Under the pieces are notes generated by a model. That model did not search any database and was not told the origin of the DNA. It was given only the letters and a program-made list of their open reading frames with translations. A stretch of DNA of 64,000 nt from a phage: assembly GCA_012416205.1 (NCBI GenBank), contig GCA_012416205.1_3033.2. One strand, given 5' to 3'. Positions 44,827-57,012 of this stretch are shown piece by piece (within the stretch, counting starts at the first letter, position 1; the number at the start of each line of letters is the position of its first letter). Both the position numbers and the translations under genes were made by a program.

Positions 44827-45735
44827 TTAAAGGTCATTCAAAAGGTCATCCAGGTCCGTGTCATCAGCACTAGATGAACTGCCAGAGCTTGAGCTCATAA
44901 AATCATCTTCAGTTTTTGTATTGAAGTCATCAACATTGAATGCATCCAAATCATCAGCAACTTTATCAGCTTTCTTAGCAGCAGTTGCAGCAGCACCGCC
45001 CATCACAGCAGTTCCCATAACTTGACCGAATTTAGTGCTCAGTTCTTCAAACGATTTGAATTTATCTTTAGAAGTCATTTCAGAAAGGTCAACCATTTGT
45101 TCGAACAGTTCTTTCTGGAAAGATTCATCGTCAATGTTTGGAATCGCAGATTGATTCAGGAATTTAGATTCATCGTAATTACTAAATCCAGAAACCTGTT
45201 TAACTTTCAGTACAAAGTTAGCACCTTCCCACGGACAAGTTACATCAACCGGAGTTTCACCCATTTCAACATCAACCGCAATCATCGCGTTGATTTTATC
45301 CCAGATTTTCTTACCGAAACGATATTTAAATACTTTACCTTCATTTTCTGGAGCAGCTGGGTCTTTTACAACAAGAATATTAGCCCAATAAGAAGTTTTA
45401 CGTTTAACAAGACTGTACTCTTTATTGTCAGTGTTGTACAAATCATTTTTACTGATGTACTGACATACTGGGCAAGAATCGTAATCACCGTGGGTAGATG
45501 AACAGTTTTCAATATACCATTTACCATTTTTCTTGAAACCGTGATTTACAAGAATTGCGAATGGTGCTTGTTCATCATTTTTAGACGGAAGAAAACGAAT
45601 TACTGCTTGACCGTTACCCGCATTATCGAGTTTCAGTTTCCACTCGCCTTTATCTTCAGAAGAAAAACCACCTTTATTTCCAGCCAGTTTAGCCATTTGT
45701 GCAGCGAGTTCAGCAGTAGATTTACGTTTAAACAT
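44827..45735 (-). CDS. 32: Single-stranded DNA-binding protein gp32
   Basis: 302 aa; recognisable gp32 sequence including the acidic Ser-rich C-terminus and zinc-binding Cys/His cluster. Confidence 0.96.
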   Translation of the reverse strand: MFKRKSTAELAAQMAKLAGNKGGFSSEDKGEWKLKLDNAGNGQAVIRFLPSKNDEQAPFAILVNHGFKKNGKWYIENCSSTHGDYDSCPVCQYISKNDLYNTDNKEYSLVKRKTSYWANILVVKDPAAPENEGKVFKYRFGKKIWDKINAMIAVDVEMGETPVDVTCPWEGANFVLKVKQVSGFSNYDESKFLNQSAIPNIDDESFQKELFEQMVDLSEMTSKDKFKSFEELSTKFGQVMGTAVMGGAAATAAKKADKVADDLDAFNVDDFNTKTEDDFMSSSSGSSSSADDTDLDDLLNDL

Positions 45736-45834
45736 TTTTATTTCCTTTTTAATTTAATTAACAGTTGGTGCTATGACGATGTATGACCTCATAGCTGGTC
45801 AGTGAGATAATTATAATCTATTTATAATAAGCAA

Positions 45835-46488
45835 TTAATATTTGCAAGATTTCACAGTTTCAATAAAAACACTTTTAGCTTTCTGTGAATCAATATTTAA
45901 AATTTTTCTATAAGCCTTTAACTTTATAGAATAATTATTCCAGACTAAATTATCAGTCTGTTCATCATGTTTATCAATTATATTTAAAAATGAATCAAGC
46001 AAGATAAACGTCTCAAACGAAATTATATTCGATTGAAGTAGTTTAAAAATATAACTTGATTGAACTTTTGGATTATACTCAAAGATTTCTTTAAAAGCAG
46101 AAACTTCAACTTTTTTACTAAAATAATAGATATTCCTAATATCTTCTTCAAATTTAAATTTAACTTGCTTTAAGCGACCGATATATTCACGATAAAATAC
46201 TAATGCATCAGCGTCAGAGATATCACCAATCCAAGCATCTTGGTTAGCTACAAGATTGCTAATAAAAATTAAAGTCAATTCTTTTAATTTATACTTTTCT
46301 GATAGCTTTTGGAAAAAATACTTATCTCTTCGTTTTTGATAAGCGGCATCAGACACCCGCATGCACCAATTATACTTAATAACATCATACTTTCCATTCA
46401 TATGTTGTTTTATCATTAAGTATAATTTATAAACTGATTTACCATCAATGTATCTTTCACCACCAGCAGGCATGCGGAGTTTAATCAT
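45835..46488 (-). CDS. 59: Helicase loader gp59
   Basis: 217 aa (T4 gp59 length), adjacent to gene 32. Confidence 0.85.
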   Translation of the reverse strand: MIKLRMPAGGERYIDGKSVYKLYLMIKQHMNGKYDVIKYNWCMRVSDAAYQKRRDKYFFQKLSEKYKLKELTLIFISNLVANQDAWIGDISDADALVFYREYIGRLKQVKFKFEEDIRNIYYFSKKVEVSAFKEIFEYNPKVQSSYIFKLLQSNIISFETFILLDSFLNIIDKHDEQTDNLVWNNYSIKLKAYRKILNIDSQKAKSVFIETVKSCKY

Positions 46489-46823
46489 AGCAGAAAATCT
46501 AATGTATTAGTTTTTTCACAACGAACAACAGAAGGACGTAAAAGATTTTCGTCAATAGCTTCTGACTGAATTTTTTCAATTATACCCGAAGGAATAAATT
46601 TAGCAAATTGAGTTTCAGGAATAGAGTTTTCTTCTAAGAATGCTGTCGTAGCTTCAAGATAACTCATTCCAAACTCTTCTACCATTTTTTCAATAATAAA
46701 TCCATTTTCTTGACGATCAAGAAGCTTTGCTATTTCATCCTTTTCTTTCTTGATTGAAAGTTCTTTTTCTGAAAGACCGGTCTCATCGACCGGGCGAATA
46801 TCATTTAGAGAAAACTGTGTCAT
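46485..46823 (-). CDS. 33: Late transcription co-activator gp33
   Basis: 112 aa from MTQFSL; position between 59 and dsbA. Confidence 0.8.
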   Translation of the reverse strand: MTQFSLNDIRPVDETGLSEKELSIKKEKDEIAKLLDRQENGFIIEKMVEEFGMSYLEATTAFLEENSIPETQFAKFIPSGIIEKIQSEAIDENLLRPSVVRCEKTNTLDFLL

Positions 46824-47070
46824 AAAGTTCAACTACCTCTTCGGTTTCAGCTTCAAACACATCACGGTTATCTTTATGATATAGAGCCAAAAGACGATTA
46901 AACATCTTGCCATCAACACCAAGTTCATCTTTGGCACGAATTCGAATATCTTTAATCAATTCATTATAACCGGAAATTTTCAGTTTATGATCAGATGCTT
47001 CTTTAATAAATTTAGCCAAGTCTTCGCCATGGATAGCTTCATCAAATTCAACCATTTCTTTTTTAGCCAT
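46801..47070 (-). CDS. dsbA: Double-stranded DNA-binding protein DsbA
   Basis: 89 aa (T4 DsbA length), between rnh and 33. Confidence 0.8.
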   Translation of the reverse strand: MAKKEMVEFDEAIHGEDLAKFIKEASDHKLKISGYNELIKDIRIRAKDELGVDGKMFNRLLALYHKDNRDVFEAETEEVVELYDTVFSK

Positions 47071-47078
47071 TATTCACC

Positions 47079-47996
47079 TCAAAATTCATTAATGCTATTA
47101 GTTAATTTAGAAAGACCCGCTTTTACAAAATATGAATAAATTTTGCCACGCGGTGGTAATTTATATGAATTATAGTAATTCACAATGTTTGAAGCAATAT
47201 TATCAGGAATATAATCAAAATCAATTAGAACTAAATTTTCTTTATAACGATTATATTCAGATTCTGTGAGAAGCACCTTAGCTTGCTCACGGTCATTAGC
47301 AATAGCTTCAACGATTGAAGTTTTCATTGAAGGAGTTCGTTCACCTTCAACTTTGGTAAACCAAAAGTCAGATCGTACTTTAACTGAAGCAACGTTATCC
47401 TTTTTATCGCCTTTAAGGATTTTAGTCATACAGTCAATTTCAGCAGAACCGCTTTTAATTTTAACCCATTTCTTGTGCATCGGTGACCATTGCTTAACAT
47501 TTGGATATTTGTGAAGTTGAGTAAAGTCACCATCAGATGAAATGATTAAAATCTTGTGTCCTTCTAAAGAGAACTTTTTAACAAGAACAGCAATGTGGTC
47601 ATCTGCTTCATACTTATCAATATCCATAACAATGTATGGCATATAAGCTTTCAATTCATCTATAACTTTATGGCTGGATTCAAAATAACCTTCCCAGTCC
47701 CAAGTAGATTCTTCTCGTGCTTTTCCACGGTTTTTCTTGTAATAGTAAGCAAAATCACGACGCCAGTATCCAGATTTCGCGTTATCAATACACAGTACAA
47801 TTTTAGTGTATCCAAGCGTTTTTGCTTTTTTGACATTAAACTTAATTGAGTTCAATATCAAATGACGAACCATTGATAAATTAATTTTTTCTTTATCTGG
47901 GAAGTTTACTAAAGCAGTTGAAAGCGCAATTTGACTAAAGTCAATAAAGCAAATTCCTTCTTTGTAATCTTCATCCAACATCATTTCTAAATCCAT
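47079..47996 (-). CDS. rnh: RNase H (5'-3' exonuclease, FEN family)
   Basis: 305 aa from MDLEMMLDEDYKEG; recognisable T4 RNase H sequence. Confidence 0.92.
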   Translation of the reverse strand: MDLEMMLDEDYKEGICFIDFSQIALSTALVNFPDKEKINLSMVRHLILNSIKFNVKKAKTLGYTKIVLCIDNAKSGYWRRDFAYYYKKNRGKAREESTWDWEGYFESSHKVIDELKAYMPYIVMDIDKYEADDHIAVLVKKFSLEGHKILIISSDGDFTQLHKYPNVKQWSPMHKKWVKIKSGSAEIDCMTKILKGDKKDNVASVKVRSDFWFTKVEGERTPSMKTSIVEAIANDREQAKVLLTESEYNRYKENLVLIDFDYIPDNIASNIVNYYNSYKLPPRGKIYSYFVKAGLSKLTNSINEF

Positions 47997-48058
47997 ATGA
48001 ACCTCGTTCAATTAGTGAGATTTCTATTATATACCATCCAAATCTTAAAGTAAACAAG

Positions 48059-48066
48059 TATAAATA
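48059..48066 (+). promoter_or_regulatory. Late promoter box TATAAATA upstream of gene 34
   Basis: Exact TATAAATA 34 bp upstream of the gene 34 ATG. Confidence 0.65.
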
Positions 48067-48100
48067 CTTATTATTGAAAACACAATAGGAGCCCGGGAGA

Positions 48101-51100
48101 ATGGCCGAGATTAAAAGAAAGTTCAGAGCAGAAGATGGTCTGGACGCAGGTGGTGATAAAATAATCAACGTAGCTTTAGCTGATCGTGCCGTAGGAACTG
48201 ACGGTGTTAACGTTGATTACTTAATTCAAGAAAACACAGTTCAACAATACGATCCAACTCGTGGATATTTAAAAGATTTTGTAATCATTTATGATAACCG
48301 CTTTTGGGCTGCTATAAATGATATTCCAAAACCGGCAGGAGCTTTTAATAGCGGACGCTGGAGAGCATTACGTACCGATGCTAACTGGATTACGGTTTCA
48401 TCTGGTTCATATCAATTAAAATCTGGTGAAGCTATTTCGGTTAACACCGCAGCTGGTAATGATATTACATTTACTTTACCATCTACCCCAATTGATGGTG
48501 ATACTATCGTTCTCCAAGATATTGGAGGAAAACCTGGAGTTAACCAAGTTTTAATTGTAGCTCCGGTGCAAAGTATTGTAAACTTCAGAGGTCAACAAGT
48601 ACGTTCAGTACTAATGACTCATCCAAAGTCACAGCTAGTTTTAATTTTTAGTAATCGTCTGTGGCAAATGTATGTTGCTGATTATAGTAGAGAAGCTGTA
48701 ATTGTAACACCAGCGAATACTTATCAAGCGCAATCCAACGATTTTATCGTGCGTAGATTTACTTCTGCCGCACCGATAAATATTAAACTTCCAAGATTTG
48801 CTAATCATGGAGATATTATTAATTTCGTCGATTTAGATAAACTAAATCCACTTTATCATACAATTGTTACTACATACGATGAAACGACTTCAGTACAAGA
48901 AGTTGGAACTCATTCCATTGAAGGCCGTACATCGATTGACGGTTTCTTGATGTTTGATGATAATGAGAAATTGTGGAGATTGTTTGACGGGGATAGTAAA
49001 GCGCGTTTACGCATTATAACGACTAATTCTAATATTCGTCCAAACGAAGAAGTTATGGTATTTGGTGCGAATAACGGAACAACCCAAACAATTGAGCTTC
49101 AGCTTCCAACTAATATTTCTGTTGGTGATACTGTTAAAATTTCCATGAATTACATGAGAAAAGGACAAACAGTTAAAATCAAAGCTGCCGGTGAAGATAA
49201 AATTGCTTCTTCAGTTCAATTGCTGCAATTCCCAAAACGTTCAGAATATCCGCCTGAAGCTGAATGGGTTACAGTCCAAGAATTAGTTTTTAACGGTGAA
49301 ACTAATTATGTTCCAGTTTTACAACTTGCTTATATTGAAGATTCTGATGGAAAATATTGGGTTGTACAGCAAAACGTTCCAACTGTCGAAAGAGTAGATT
49401 CTTTAAATGATTCTACTAGAGCAAGATTAGGCGTAATTGCTTTAGCTACACAAGCTCAAGCTAACGTCGATTTAGAAAATTCTCCACAAAAAGAATTAGC
49501 AATTACTCCAGAAACATTAGCTAACCGTACTGCTACAGAAACTCGTAGAGGTATCGCAAGAATAGCAACTACTGCTCAAGTGAATCAGAACACCACATTC
49601 TCTTTTGCTGATGATATTATCATCACTCCTAAAAAGCTGAATGAAAGAACTGCTACAGAAACTCGCAGAGGTGTTGCAGAAATTGCTACTCAGCAAGAAA
49701 CAAACGCAGGAACAGATGATACAACCATCATTACTCCTAAAAAGCTTCAAGCTCGTCAAGGTTCTGAATCATTATCTGGTATTGTAACTTTTGTATCTAC
49801 TGCAGGTGCTACTCCAGCTTCTAGCCGTGAATTAAATGGTACGAATGTTTATAATAAAAACACTAATAATTTAGTTGTTTCGCCAAAAGCTTTGGATCAG
49901 TATAAAGCTACTCCAACACAGCAAGGTGCAGTAATTTTAGCAGTTGAAAGTGAAGTAATTGCTGGTCAAAGTCAGGAAGGATGGACAAATGCTGTTGTAA
50001 CGCCAGAAACGTTACATAAAAAGACATCAACTGATGGAAGAATTGGTTTAATTGAAATTGCTACGCAAAGTGAAGTTAATACAGGAACTGATTATACTCG
50101 TGCAGTCACTCCTAAAACTTTAAATGACCGTAGAGCAACTGAAAGTTTAAGTGGTATAGCTGAAATTGCTACACAAGTTGAATTCGACGCAGGCGTCGAC
50201 GATACTCGTATCTCTACACCATTAAAAATTAAAACCAGATTTAATAGTACTGATCGTACTTCTGTTGTTGCTCTATCTGGATTAGTTGAATCAGGAACTC
50301 TCTGGGACCATTATACCCTTAATATTCTTGAAGCAAATGAGACGCAACGTGGTACACTTCGTGTAGCTACACAAGTTGAAGCTGCTGCAGGAACATTAGA
50401 TAATGTTTTAATAACTCCTAAAAAGCTTTTAGGTACTAAATCTACCGAATCGCAAGAAGGTGTTATTAAAGTTGCAACTCAGTCTGAAACTGTGACTGGA
50501 ACGTCAGCGAACACTGCTGTATCTCCAAAAAATTTAAAATGGATTGTGCAGAGTGAACCTACTTGGGCAGCTACTACTGCAATAAGAGGTTTTGTTAAAA
50601 CTTCATCTGGTTCAATTACATTCGTTGGTAATGATACAGTCGGTTCTACCCAAGATTTAGAACTGTATGAGAAAAATAGCTATGCGGTATCACCATATGA
50701 ATTAAACCGTGTATTAGCAAATTATTTGCCATTAAAAGCAAAAGCTGCTGATACAAATTTATTGGATGGTCTAGATTCATCTCAGTTCATTCGTAGGGAT
50801 ATCGCACAGACGGTTAATGGTTCACTAACCTTAACCCAACAAACGAATCTGAGTGCCCCTCTTGTATCATCTAGTACTGCTACGTTTGGTGGATCAGTTT
50901 CGGCAAATAGTACATTAACTATTTCTAATACTGGAACGGCAACTCGTCTGATTTTTGAGAAAGGACCTCAAACTGGAACTAACCCAGCACAGACGATGAC
51001 TATCAGAGTTTGGGGAAATCAGTTTGGTGGCGGATCAGATACAACGCGTTCTACTGTATTTGAAGTTGGTGATGAAACATCTAATCACTTTTATTCTCAA

Positions 51101-51970
51101 CGTAATAAAGATGGGAATATAACGTTTAGCATTAATGGTACTGTGATGCCAATAAATGTTAACGCTTCAGGCACGTTAAATGCGAATGGCGTTGCAACAT
51201 TCGGTCGTTCAGTTACAGCCAACGGTGAATTCATTAGCAAGTCTGCAAATGCTTTCAGAGCAATTAGTGGTGATTACGGATTCTTTATTCGCAATGATGC
51301 TGCTAATACCTATTTTATGCTCACTGCATCCGGTGATCAGACTGGCGGATTTAATGGATTACGTCCTTTGTCTATTAATAATGCATCTGGCCAAGTAACG
51401 ATTGGTGAAAGCTTAATCATTGCCAAAGGTGCTACTATAAATTCTGATGGTTTAACTGTTAACTCGAGAATTCGTTCTCAAGGTACTAAAACATCTGACT
51501 TATATACCCGTGCGCCAACATCTGATACTGTAGGATTCTGGTCAATTGATATTAACGATTCAGCCACTTATAACCAGTTCCCGGGTTATTTTAAAATGGT
51601 TGAAAAAACTAATGAAGTGACTGGACTTCCGTACTTAGAACGTGGCGAAGAAGTTAAATCTCCTGGTACACTGACACAGTTTGGTAACACACTTGATTCG
51701 CTTTACCAAGATTGGATTACTTATCCAACGACACCAGAAGCACGTACCACTCGCTGGACCCGTACATGGCAGAAAACCAAAAACTCTTGGTCGAGTTTTG
51801 TTCAGGTATTTGATGGAGGTAACCCTCCTCAGCCGTCTGATATCGGTGCTTTACCATCTGATAATGCTACAATGGGGAATCTTACTATTCGTGATTTCTT
51901 ACGAATTGGTAATGTTCGCATTATTCCTGACCCAGTGAATAAAACTGTTAAATTTGAATGGGTTGAATAA
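48101..51970 (+). CDS. 34: Long tail fibre proximal subunit gp34
   Basis: 1289 aa (T4 gp34 length); repeated TPKKL/ETRRG motifs. Confidence 0.93.
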   Translation: MAEIKRKFRAEDGLDAGGDKIINVALADRAVGTDGVNVDYLIQENTVQQYDPTRGYLKDFVIIYDNRFWAAINDIPKPAGAFNSGRWRALRTDANWITVSSGSYQLKSGEAISVNTAAGNDITFTLPSTPIDGDTIVLQDIGGKPGVNQVLIVAPVQSIVNFRGQQVRSVLMTHPKSQLVLIFSNRLWQMYVADYSREAVIVTPANTYQAQSNDFIVRRFTSAAPINIKLPRFANHGDIINFVDLDKLNPLYHTIVTTYDETTSVQEVGTHSIEGRTSIDGFLMFDDNEKLWRLFDGDSKARLRIITTNSNIRPNEEVMVFGANNGTTQTIELQLPTNISVGDTVKISMNYMRKGQTVKIKAAGEDKIASSVQLLQFPKRSEYPPEAEWVTVQELVFNGETNYVPVLQLAYIEDSDGKYWVVQQNVPTVERVDSLNDSTRARLGVIALATQAQANVDLENSPQKELAITPETLANRTATETRRGIARIATTAQVNQNTTFSFADDIIITPKKLNERTATETRRGVAEIATQQETNAGTDDTTIITPKKLQARQGSESLSGIVTFVSTAGATPASSRELNGTNVYNKNTNNLVVSPKALDQYKATPTQQGAVILAVESEVIAGQSQEGWTNAVVTPETLHKKTSTDGRIGLIEIATQSEVNTGTDYTRAVTPKTLNDRRATESLSGIAEIATQVEFDAGVDDTRISTPLKIKTRFNSTDRTSVVALSGLVESGTLWDHYTLNILEANETQRGTLRVATQVEAAAGTLDNVLITPKKLLGTKSTESQEGVIKVATQSETVTGTSANTAVSPKNLKWIVQSEPTWAATTAIRGFVKTSSGSITFVGNDTVGSTQDLELYEKNSYAVSPYELNRVLANYLPLKAKAADTNLLDGLDSSQFIRRDIAQTVNGSLTLTQQTNLSAPLVSSSTATFGGSVSANSTLTISNTGTATRLIFEKGPQTGTNPAQTMTIRVWGNQFGGGSDTTRSTVFEVGDETSNHFYSQRNKDGNITFSINGTVMPINVNASGTLNANGVATFGRSVTANGEFISKSANAFRAISGDYGFFIRNDAANTYFMLTASGDQTGGFNGLRPLSINNASGQVTIGESLIIAKGATINSDGLTVNSRIRSQGTKTSDLYTRAPTSDTVGFWSIDINDSATYNQFPGYFKMVEKTNEVTGLPYLERGEEVKSPGTLTQFGNTLDSLYQDWITYPTTPEARTTRWTRTWQKTKNSWSSFVQVFDGGNPPQPSDIGALPSDNATMGNLTIRDFLRIGNVRIIPDPVNKTVKFEWVE

Positions 51971-51978
51971 GAGGTATT

Positions 51979-53094
51979 ATGGAAAAATTTATGGCAGAGT
52001 TTGGACAAGGATATGTCCAAACGCCATTTTTATCGGAAAGCAATTCAGTAAGATATAAAATAAGCATAGCGGGTTCTTGCCCGCTTTCTACAGCAGGACC
52101 ATACGTTAAATTTCAGGATAATCCTGTAGGAAGTCAAACATTTAGCGCAGGCCTTCATTTAAGAGTTTTTGACCCTTCCACCGGAGCATTAGTTGATAGT
52201 AAGTCATATGCTTTTTCTACTTCAAATGATACTACATCTGCTGCCTTTGTTAGTTTCATGAATTCTTTTTCAAGCAATAGACTTGTTGCTATATTAACTA
52301 ACGGAAAGGTTAATTTTCCTCCTGAAGTAGTATCTTGGTTAAGAACAGCAGGAACGTCTGCTTTTCCATCTGACTCTGTATTGTCAAGATTCGACGTATC
52401 ATATGCTGCTTTTTATACTTCTTCTAAAAGAGCTATTGCATTAGAGCATGTTAAACTGAGTAATAGAAAAAGCACAGATGATTATCAAACTATTTTAGAT
52501 GTTGTATTTGACAGTTTAGAAGACGTCGGAGCTACCGGGTTTCCAAGAAGAACGTATGAAAGCGTTGAGCAATTTATGTCAGCGGTTGGTGGAACTAATA
52601 ACGAAATTGCCCGTCTACCTACAGCATCTGCAATAAGTAAACTTTCTGACTATAATTTAATTCCTGGAGATGTTCTTTATCTTAAAGCACAACTATATGC
52701 TGACGCTGATTTATTAGCGTTGGGAACTACTAATATTTCAATTCGTTTTTATAATGCGTCGAATGGATATATTTCCTCGACACAAGCTGAGTTTACTGGA
52801 CAGGCTGGGTCTTGGGAATTAAAGGAAGACTATGTAGTTGTTCCAGAAAATGCAGTTGGATTTACGATATATGCACAGAGAACTGCTCAAGCGGGACAAG
52901 GCGGTATGCGAAATTTAAGCTTTTCTGAAGTATCAAGAAATGGCGGAATTTCAAAACCTGCTGAATTTGGCGTCAATGGTATTCGTGTTAATTATATTTG
53001 TGAATCTGCTTCACCTCCGGATATAATGGTACTTCCTACGCAAGCATCGTCTAAAACTGGTAAAGTGTTTGGGCAAGAATTTAGAGAAGTATAA
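51979..53094 (+). CDS. 35: Long tail fibre hinge protein gp35
   Basis: 371 aa, follows gp34. Confidence 0.88.
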   Translation: MEKFMAEFGQGYVQTPFLSESNSVRYKISIAGSCPLSTAGPYVKFQDNPVGSQTFSAGLHLRVFDPSTGALVDSKSYAFSTSNDTTSAAFVSFMNSFSSNRLVAILTNGKVNFPPEVVSWLRTAGTSAFPSDSVLSRFDVSYAAFYTSSKRAIALEHVKLSNRKSTDDYQTILDVVFDSLEDVGATGFPRRTYESVEQFMSAVGGTNNEIARLPTASAISKLSDYNLIPGDVLYLKAQLYADADLLALGTTNISIRFYNASNGYISSTQAEFTGQAGSWELKEDYVVVPENAVGFTIYAQRTAQAGQGGMRNLSFSEVSRNGGISKPAEFGVNGIRVNYICESASPPDIMVLPTQASSKTGKVFGQEFREV

Positions 53095-53099
53095 ATTGA

Positions 53100-53117
53100 G
53101 GGAGCCTTCGGGTTCCC
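53100..53117 (+). terminator. Hairpin GGGAGCC-TTCG-GGTTCCC after gene 35
   Basis: 7-bp stem (one G-U pair) with TTCG loop followed by a T-run. Confidence 0.5.
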
Positions 53118-53125
53118 TTTTTCTT

Positions 53126-53133
53126 TATAAATA
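53126..53133 (+). promoter_or_regulatory. Late promoter box TATAAATA upstream of gene 36
   Basis: Exact TATAAATA 23 bp upstream of the gene 36 ATG. Confidence 0.6.
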
Positions 53134-53156
53134 CTATTAAAATAAAGGGGCATACA

Positions 53157-53819
53157 ATGGCTGATTTAAAAGTAGGTTCAACAACCGGAGGCTCTGTCAT
53201 TTGGCATCAAGGAAATTTTCCATTGAATCCAGCCGGTGACGATGTACTCTATAAATCATTTAAAATATATTCAGAATATAATAAACCGCAGGCAGCTGAT
53301 AACGATTTCGTTTCTAAAGCTAATGGTGGTACTTACGCCGCGACTGTTCGATTTAATGGAGGAGTACATGTTCCTACTATAGGTAGTAGTCAACAGTGCG
53401 GTGTTTATCCAGGTAACGGTGATGCAGCTACCTTTGCTATGGCAAATATTGATATTGTTTCGTGGAATGGTATTGGTTTTAAATCATCACAAGGTTCAGC
53501 AGACCGAACTGTTGTAATTAATGCACGTAATGGTGATATTAGTACAAAAGGCGTTATGACAGCAGTAGGTCAAATAAGAAGTAATGCAGTTGCTCCTATA
53601 GCAGCGAATGACCTTACTAGAAAGGACTATGTTGATGGAGCAATAAATACTGTTACAGCAAATGCGAACTCTAGGGTGCTACGATCTGGTGACACCATGA
53701 CAGGTAATTTAACCGCGCCAAACTTTTTCTCGCAGAATCCTGCATCTCAACCTTCACATGTTCCACGATTTGACCAAATCGTAATTAAGGATTCTGTTCA
53801 AGATTTCGGCTATTATTAA
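53157..53819 (+). CDS. 36: Long tail fibre distal connector gp36
   Basis: 220 aa, T4 gp36 length and position. Confidence 0.88.
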   Translation: MADLKVGSTTGGSVIWHQGNFPLNPAGDDVLYKSFKIYSEYNKPQAADNDFVSKANGGTYAATVRFNGGVHVPTIGSSQQCGVYPGNGDAATFAMANIDIVSWNGIGFKSSQGSADRTVVINARNGDISTKGVMTAVGQIRSNAVAPIAANDLTRKDYVDGAINTVTANANSRVLRSGDTMTGNLTAPNFFSQNPASQPSHVPRFDQIVIKDSVQDFGYY

Positions 53820-53827
53820 GAGGACTT

Positions 53828-56800
53828 ATGGCTACTTTAAAACAAATACAATTTAAAAGAAGCAAAACTGCAGGTCAACGTCCTGCTGCTTCAGTATTAG
53901 CCGAAGGTGAATTGGCTATAAACTTAAAAGACCGTACTCTTTTTACTAAAGATGACTCGGGAAATATTATTGATTTAAGCATTACCGCTGGCGGTAATAT
54001 TAGTGGAAATATCACTCAAACTGGCGATTATACACAGACTGGAAAATTTAATTTAATTGGTCCGCAAATTGTAGCAAGCGGTGGATATATTGAGTTTAAT
54101 TATCGTACTACTGGAAGTGGGGCTTGGTCTGGTCAACACACTGCAAAAGCTCCAATTTTTGTAGATTTAAGCTCAGCTACTTCCACATCTGAATATAATC
54201 CTATAATTAAACAGCGCTTTAAAGATGGAACTTTTTCATTAGGTACTTTAGTTTCTGAAGGTTCGTTGAAGATTCATTATATCAATGAATCTGGCGATTC
54301 GAAATATTGGACGTTTCGACGTGACGGCGGATTTGTTGTTGACGGTGGAGGTTTAGCAGTATCAGGAGGTAGTATAACTACATCTGGAAATATTGCAGCT
54401 CTCGGAAATATTACTTCGCCTCAGATTAATACTAAAAATATTATTTTAGATACAAAAGCATTTGGACAATACGATTCGCAATCATTAGTTCAATATGTTT
54501 ATCCTGGAACAGGTGAAGAAAATGGTATAAACTATCTTCGTAAAGTTCGAGCTAAATCAGGCGGAAGCATTTACCATGAAATCGCTTCAGCTCAAACCGG
54601 TAAAAATGATGAAATTTCTTGGTGGACCGGAAATACACTTACTACTAAATTAATGGGTCTTCGTAATGATGGCGCAATGGTATTACGTCGTTCACTTGCT
54701 ATTGGCACAATTACCACTGACGAAAATACTAACAACTATGGTTCTCCTACTCCAATGGGAGAAAGATATATTGCTTTGGGCGATGCTGCCACTGGTTTAA
54801 AATACATTAAGCAGGGTGTTTATGATTTAGTAGGTAATTGGAATTCTGTTGCTTCTATTACTCCTGATAGTTTCCGTAGTACTCGTAAAGCGTTATTTGG
54901 ACGTTCAGAAGACCAAGGCGGAACCTGGACAATGCCTGGAACGAACGCTGCCTTTTTATCAGTTCAAACACAGGCTGATGAAAACACTGCTGGAGACGGC
55001 CAGACGCATATTGGCTATAACTCAGGCGGAAAAATGAACCACTATTTCCGTGGTAAAGGCAAAACTAATATTAATACTCAGGAAGGTATGGAAGTTAATC
55101 CGGGTATTTTGAAATTGGTAACTGGCTCTAATAACGTACAGTTTTATGCCGACGGAACAGTATCTTCAATACAAAGAATTAAATTTGATAACGGATTAGT
55201 TCTTACTGGTGCTAGACCCGACGGTATTCAACTTGACGCTCCTACAGCAACAGATGGCACTAAAACTATATTGTGGGCCGGCGGTACTCGCCCAGGTCAG
55301 AATAAAAGTTATCTATCTATCAAAGCATGGGGTAATGCCTTTAATGCATCTGGCGATCGTGCTCGTGAAACAGTTTTTGAAGTATCAGATGGACAAGGTT
55401 ACCATTTTTATTCTCAACGAGTTGCTCCCGGATCAGGTTCTACCGTCGGACCTATTCAATTTCGAGTTAATGGTGGTTTATTAACTTCTGGTGGTATTAC
55501 ATCATCTGGTTCTATTGTTACTGAATCAAGTTTAGTTGCAAATAATGGATTATCTGTAAATGGTCAGGCTAAATTCGGTGGAACGGCAGATGCATTAAGA
55601 ATTTGGAATGCCGAATACGGTGCTATTTTCCGTCGCTCAGAAACAGCATTGCATATTATCCCGACTCCTAAAGATGCCGGTGAAAGTGGTGGAATAAGTA
55701 ATCTCCGCCCGTTAAGTATTAGTCTTAATAATGGTATGGTACAAATGCGCCATTCTGTTACGTTAGGCGATGATGGCGCTGGCGGTAATATGATTACTGT
55801 GGACAACGATACCAAACTTGTTGTTGTTACTAGTAATAGTCGTATTTCTCCTAATTTCAGAATGCAATTAGGACAAAATTCTTATATAGATATCGAGGCT
55901 TCTGATGGCGTTCGCCCAGCAGGGTGTGGTTCATTTGCATCCCAGAATGACGTAAACGTCAGAGCTCCAATTTATATGAATATAGAGCGTACTGCTGCTT
56001 CTGAATATATCCCTATTATCAAACAACGTTACGTACAAGGTGATAGTACTTATTCTATTGGTACCTTAATTTCTCAAGGAGACTTCCGTGTCCATTATCA
56101 CCAGGGTACTAGTACTACCGGAACTGATTTAAGCTGGGAATTCCGTCGAAATGGTGATTTCCGCGCGACAGGTAAAATTATTGCCGGTGCTGCTACTTTT
56201 GGCACTGATGGCAATATTACGGGTGGTTCAGGAAACTTTGCTAACTTAAACAGTACAATTGAATCACTTAAAACTGATATTGTTTCAAGTTATCCTATTG
56301 GAGCTCCAATTCCATGGCCAACGGATACTCCTCCTGACGGTTACGCTATTATGGAAGGTCAGACTTTTGATAAGTCTGCATATCCAAAGCTAGCTGTTGC
56401 ATATCCTAGCGGTGTTATTCCAGATATGCGCGGGCAGACTATCAAGGGTAAACCAAGCGGTCGTGATGTTTTGAGCGCAGAAGCAGACGGTGTTAAGGCT
56501 CATAACCATAGTGCATCGGCTTCAAGTACTGACTTAGGCACTAAAACCACGTCAAGTTTTGATTATGGTACTAAGACAACAAGTAGCTTCGACTATGGTA
56601 CTAAGACCAGCAATACCACTGGTGACCATGCTCATAATAGAGGTAACATGGAAATTTCTGGTGTGTTTGGTTGGTTCAGAAGTGATAGTAGTGCATTCTA
56701 CACTGCTAGTGGTGCATTCGTGATGGGTAGTAGTCAGGGTTCACATGGTTTCACAGGTTCTAACTTCACTAATGGTGCTCCTGTTGATTTTCGCGCGTCA

Positions 56801-57007
56801 AGAACTTGGACAGGTGTAACCAACACGACAGGTAAGCATGCTCATACCGTAGGTATTGGTGCTCACACACATACCGTAGGTATTGGTGCTCACACGCACT
56901 CAGTAGCAATTGGTTCGCACGGTCATACTATCACTGTAAATAGTACAGGTAATACAGAAAACACAGTTAAAAACATTGCTTTTAACTACATCGTTCGTTT
57001 AGCATAA
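53828..57007 (+). CDS. 37: Long tail fibre distal subunit gp37 (receptor-binding tip)
   Basis: 1059 aa; C-terminal [10 protein letters not shown] repeats and HxH boxes ([31 protein letters not shown]) as in the T4 gp37 needle domain. Confidence 0.93.
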   Translation: MATLKQIQFKRSKTAGQRPAASVLAEGELAINLKDRTLFTKDDSGNIIDLSITAGGNISGNITQTGDYTQTGKFNLIGPQIVASGGYIEFNYRTTGSGAWSGQHTAKAPIFVDLSSATSTSEYNPIIKQRFKDGTFSLGTLVSEGSLKIHYINESGDSKYWTFRRDGGFVVDGGGLAVSGGSITTSGNIAALGNITSPQINTKNIILDTKAFGQYDSQSLVQYVYPGTGEENGINYLRKVRAKSGGSIYHEIASAQTGKNDEISWWTGNTLTTKLMGLRNDGAMVLRRSLAIGTITTDENTNNYGSPTPMGERYIALGDAATGLKYIKQGVYDLVGNWNSVASITPDSFRSTRKALFGRSEDQGGTWTMPGTNAAFLSVQTQADENTAGDGQTHIGYNSGGKMNHYFRGKGKTNINTQEGMEVNPGILKLVTGSNNVQFYADGTVSSIQRIKFDNGLVLTGARPDGIQLDAPTATDGTKTILWAGGTRPGQNKSYLSIKAWGNAFNASGDRARETVFEVSDGQGYHFYSQRVAPGSGSTVGPIQFRVNGGLLTSGGITSSGSIVTESSLVANNGLSVNGQAKFGGTADALRIWNAEYGAIFRRSETALHIIPTPKDAGESGGISNLRPLSISLNNGMVQMRHSVTLGDDGAGGNMITVDNDTKLVVVTSNSRISPNFRMQLGQNSYIDIEASDGVRPAGCGSFASQNDVNVRAPIYMNIERTAASEYIPIIKQRYVQGDSTYSIGTLISQGDFRVHYHQGTSTTGTDLSWEFRRNGDFRATGKIIAGAATFGTDGNITGGSGNFANLNSTIESLKTDIVSSYPIGAPIPWPTDTPPDGYAIMEGQTFDKSAYPKLAVAYPSGVIPDMRGQTIKGKPSGRDVLSAEADGVKAHNHSASASSTDLGTKTTSSFDYGTKTTSSFDYGTKTSNTTGDHAHNRGNMEISGVFGWFRSDSSAFYTASGAFVMGSSQGSHGFTGSNFTNGAPVDFRASRTWTGVTNTTGKHAHTVGIGAHTHTVGIGAHTHSVAIGSHGHTITVNSTGNTENTVKNIAFNYIVRLA

Positions 57008-57012
57008 GGAGA

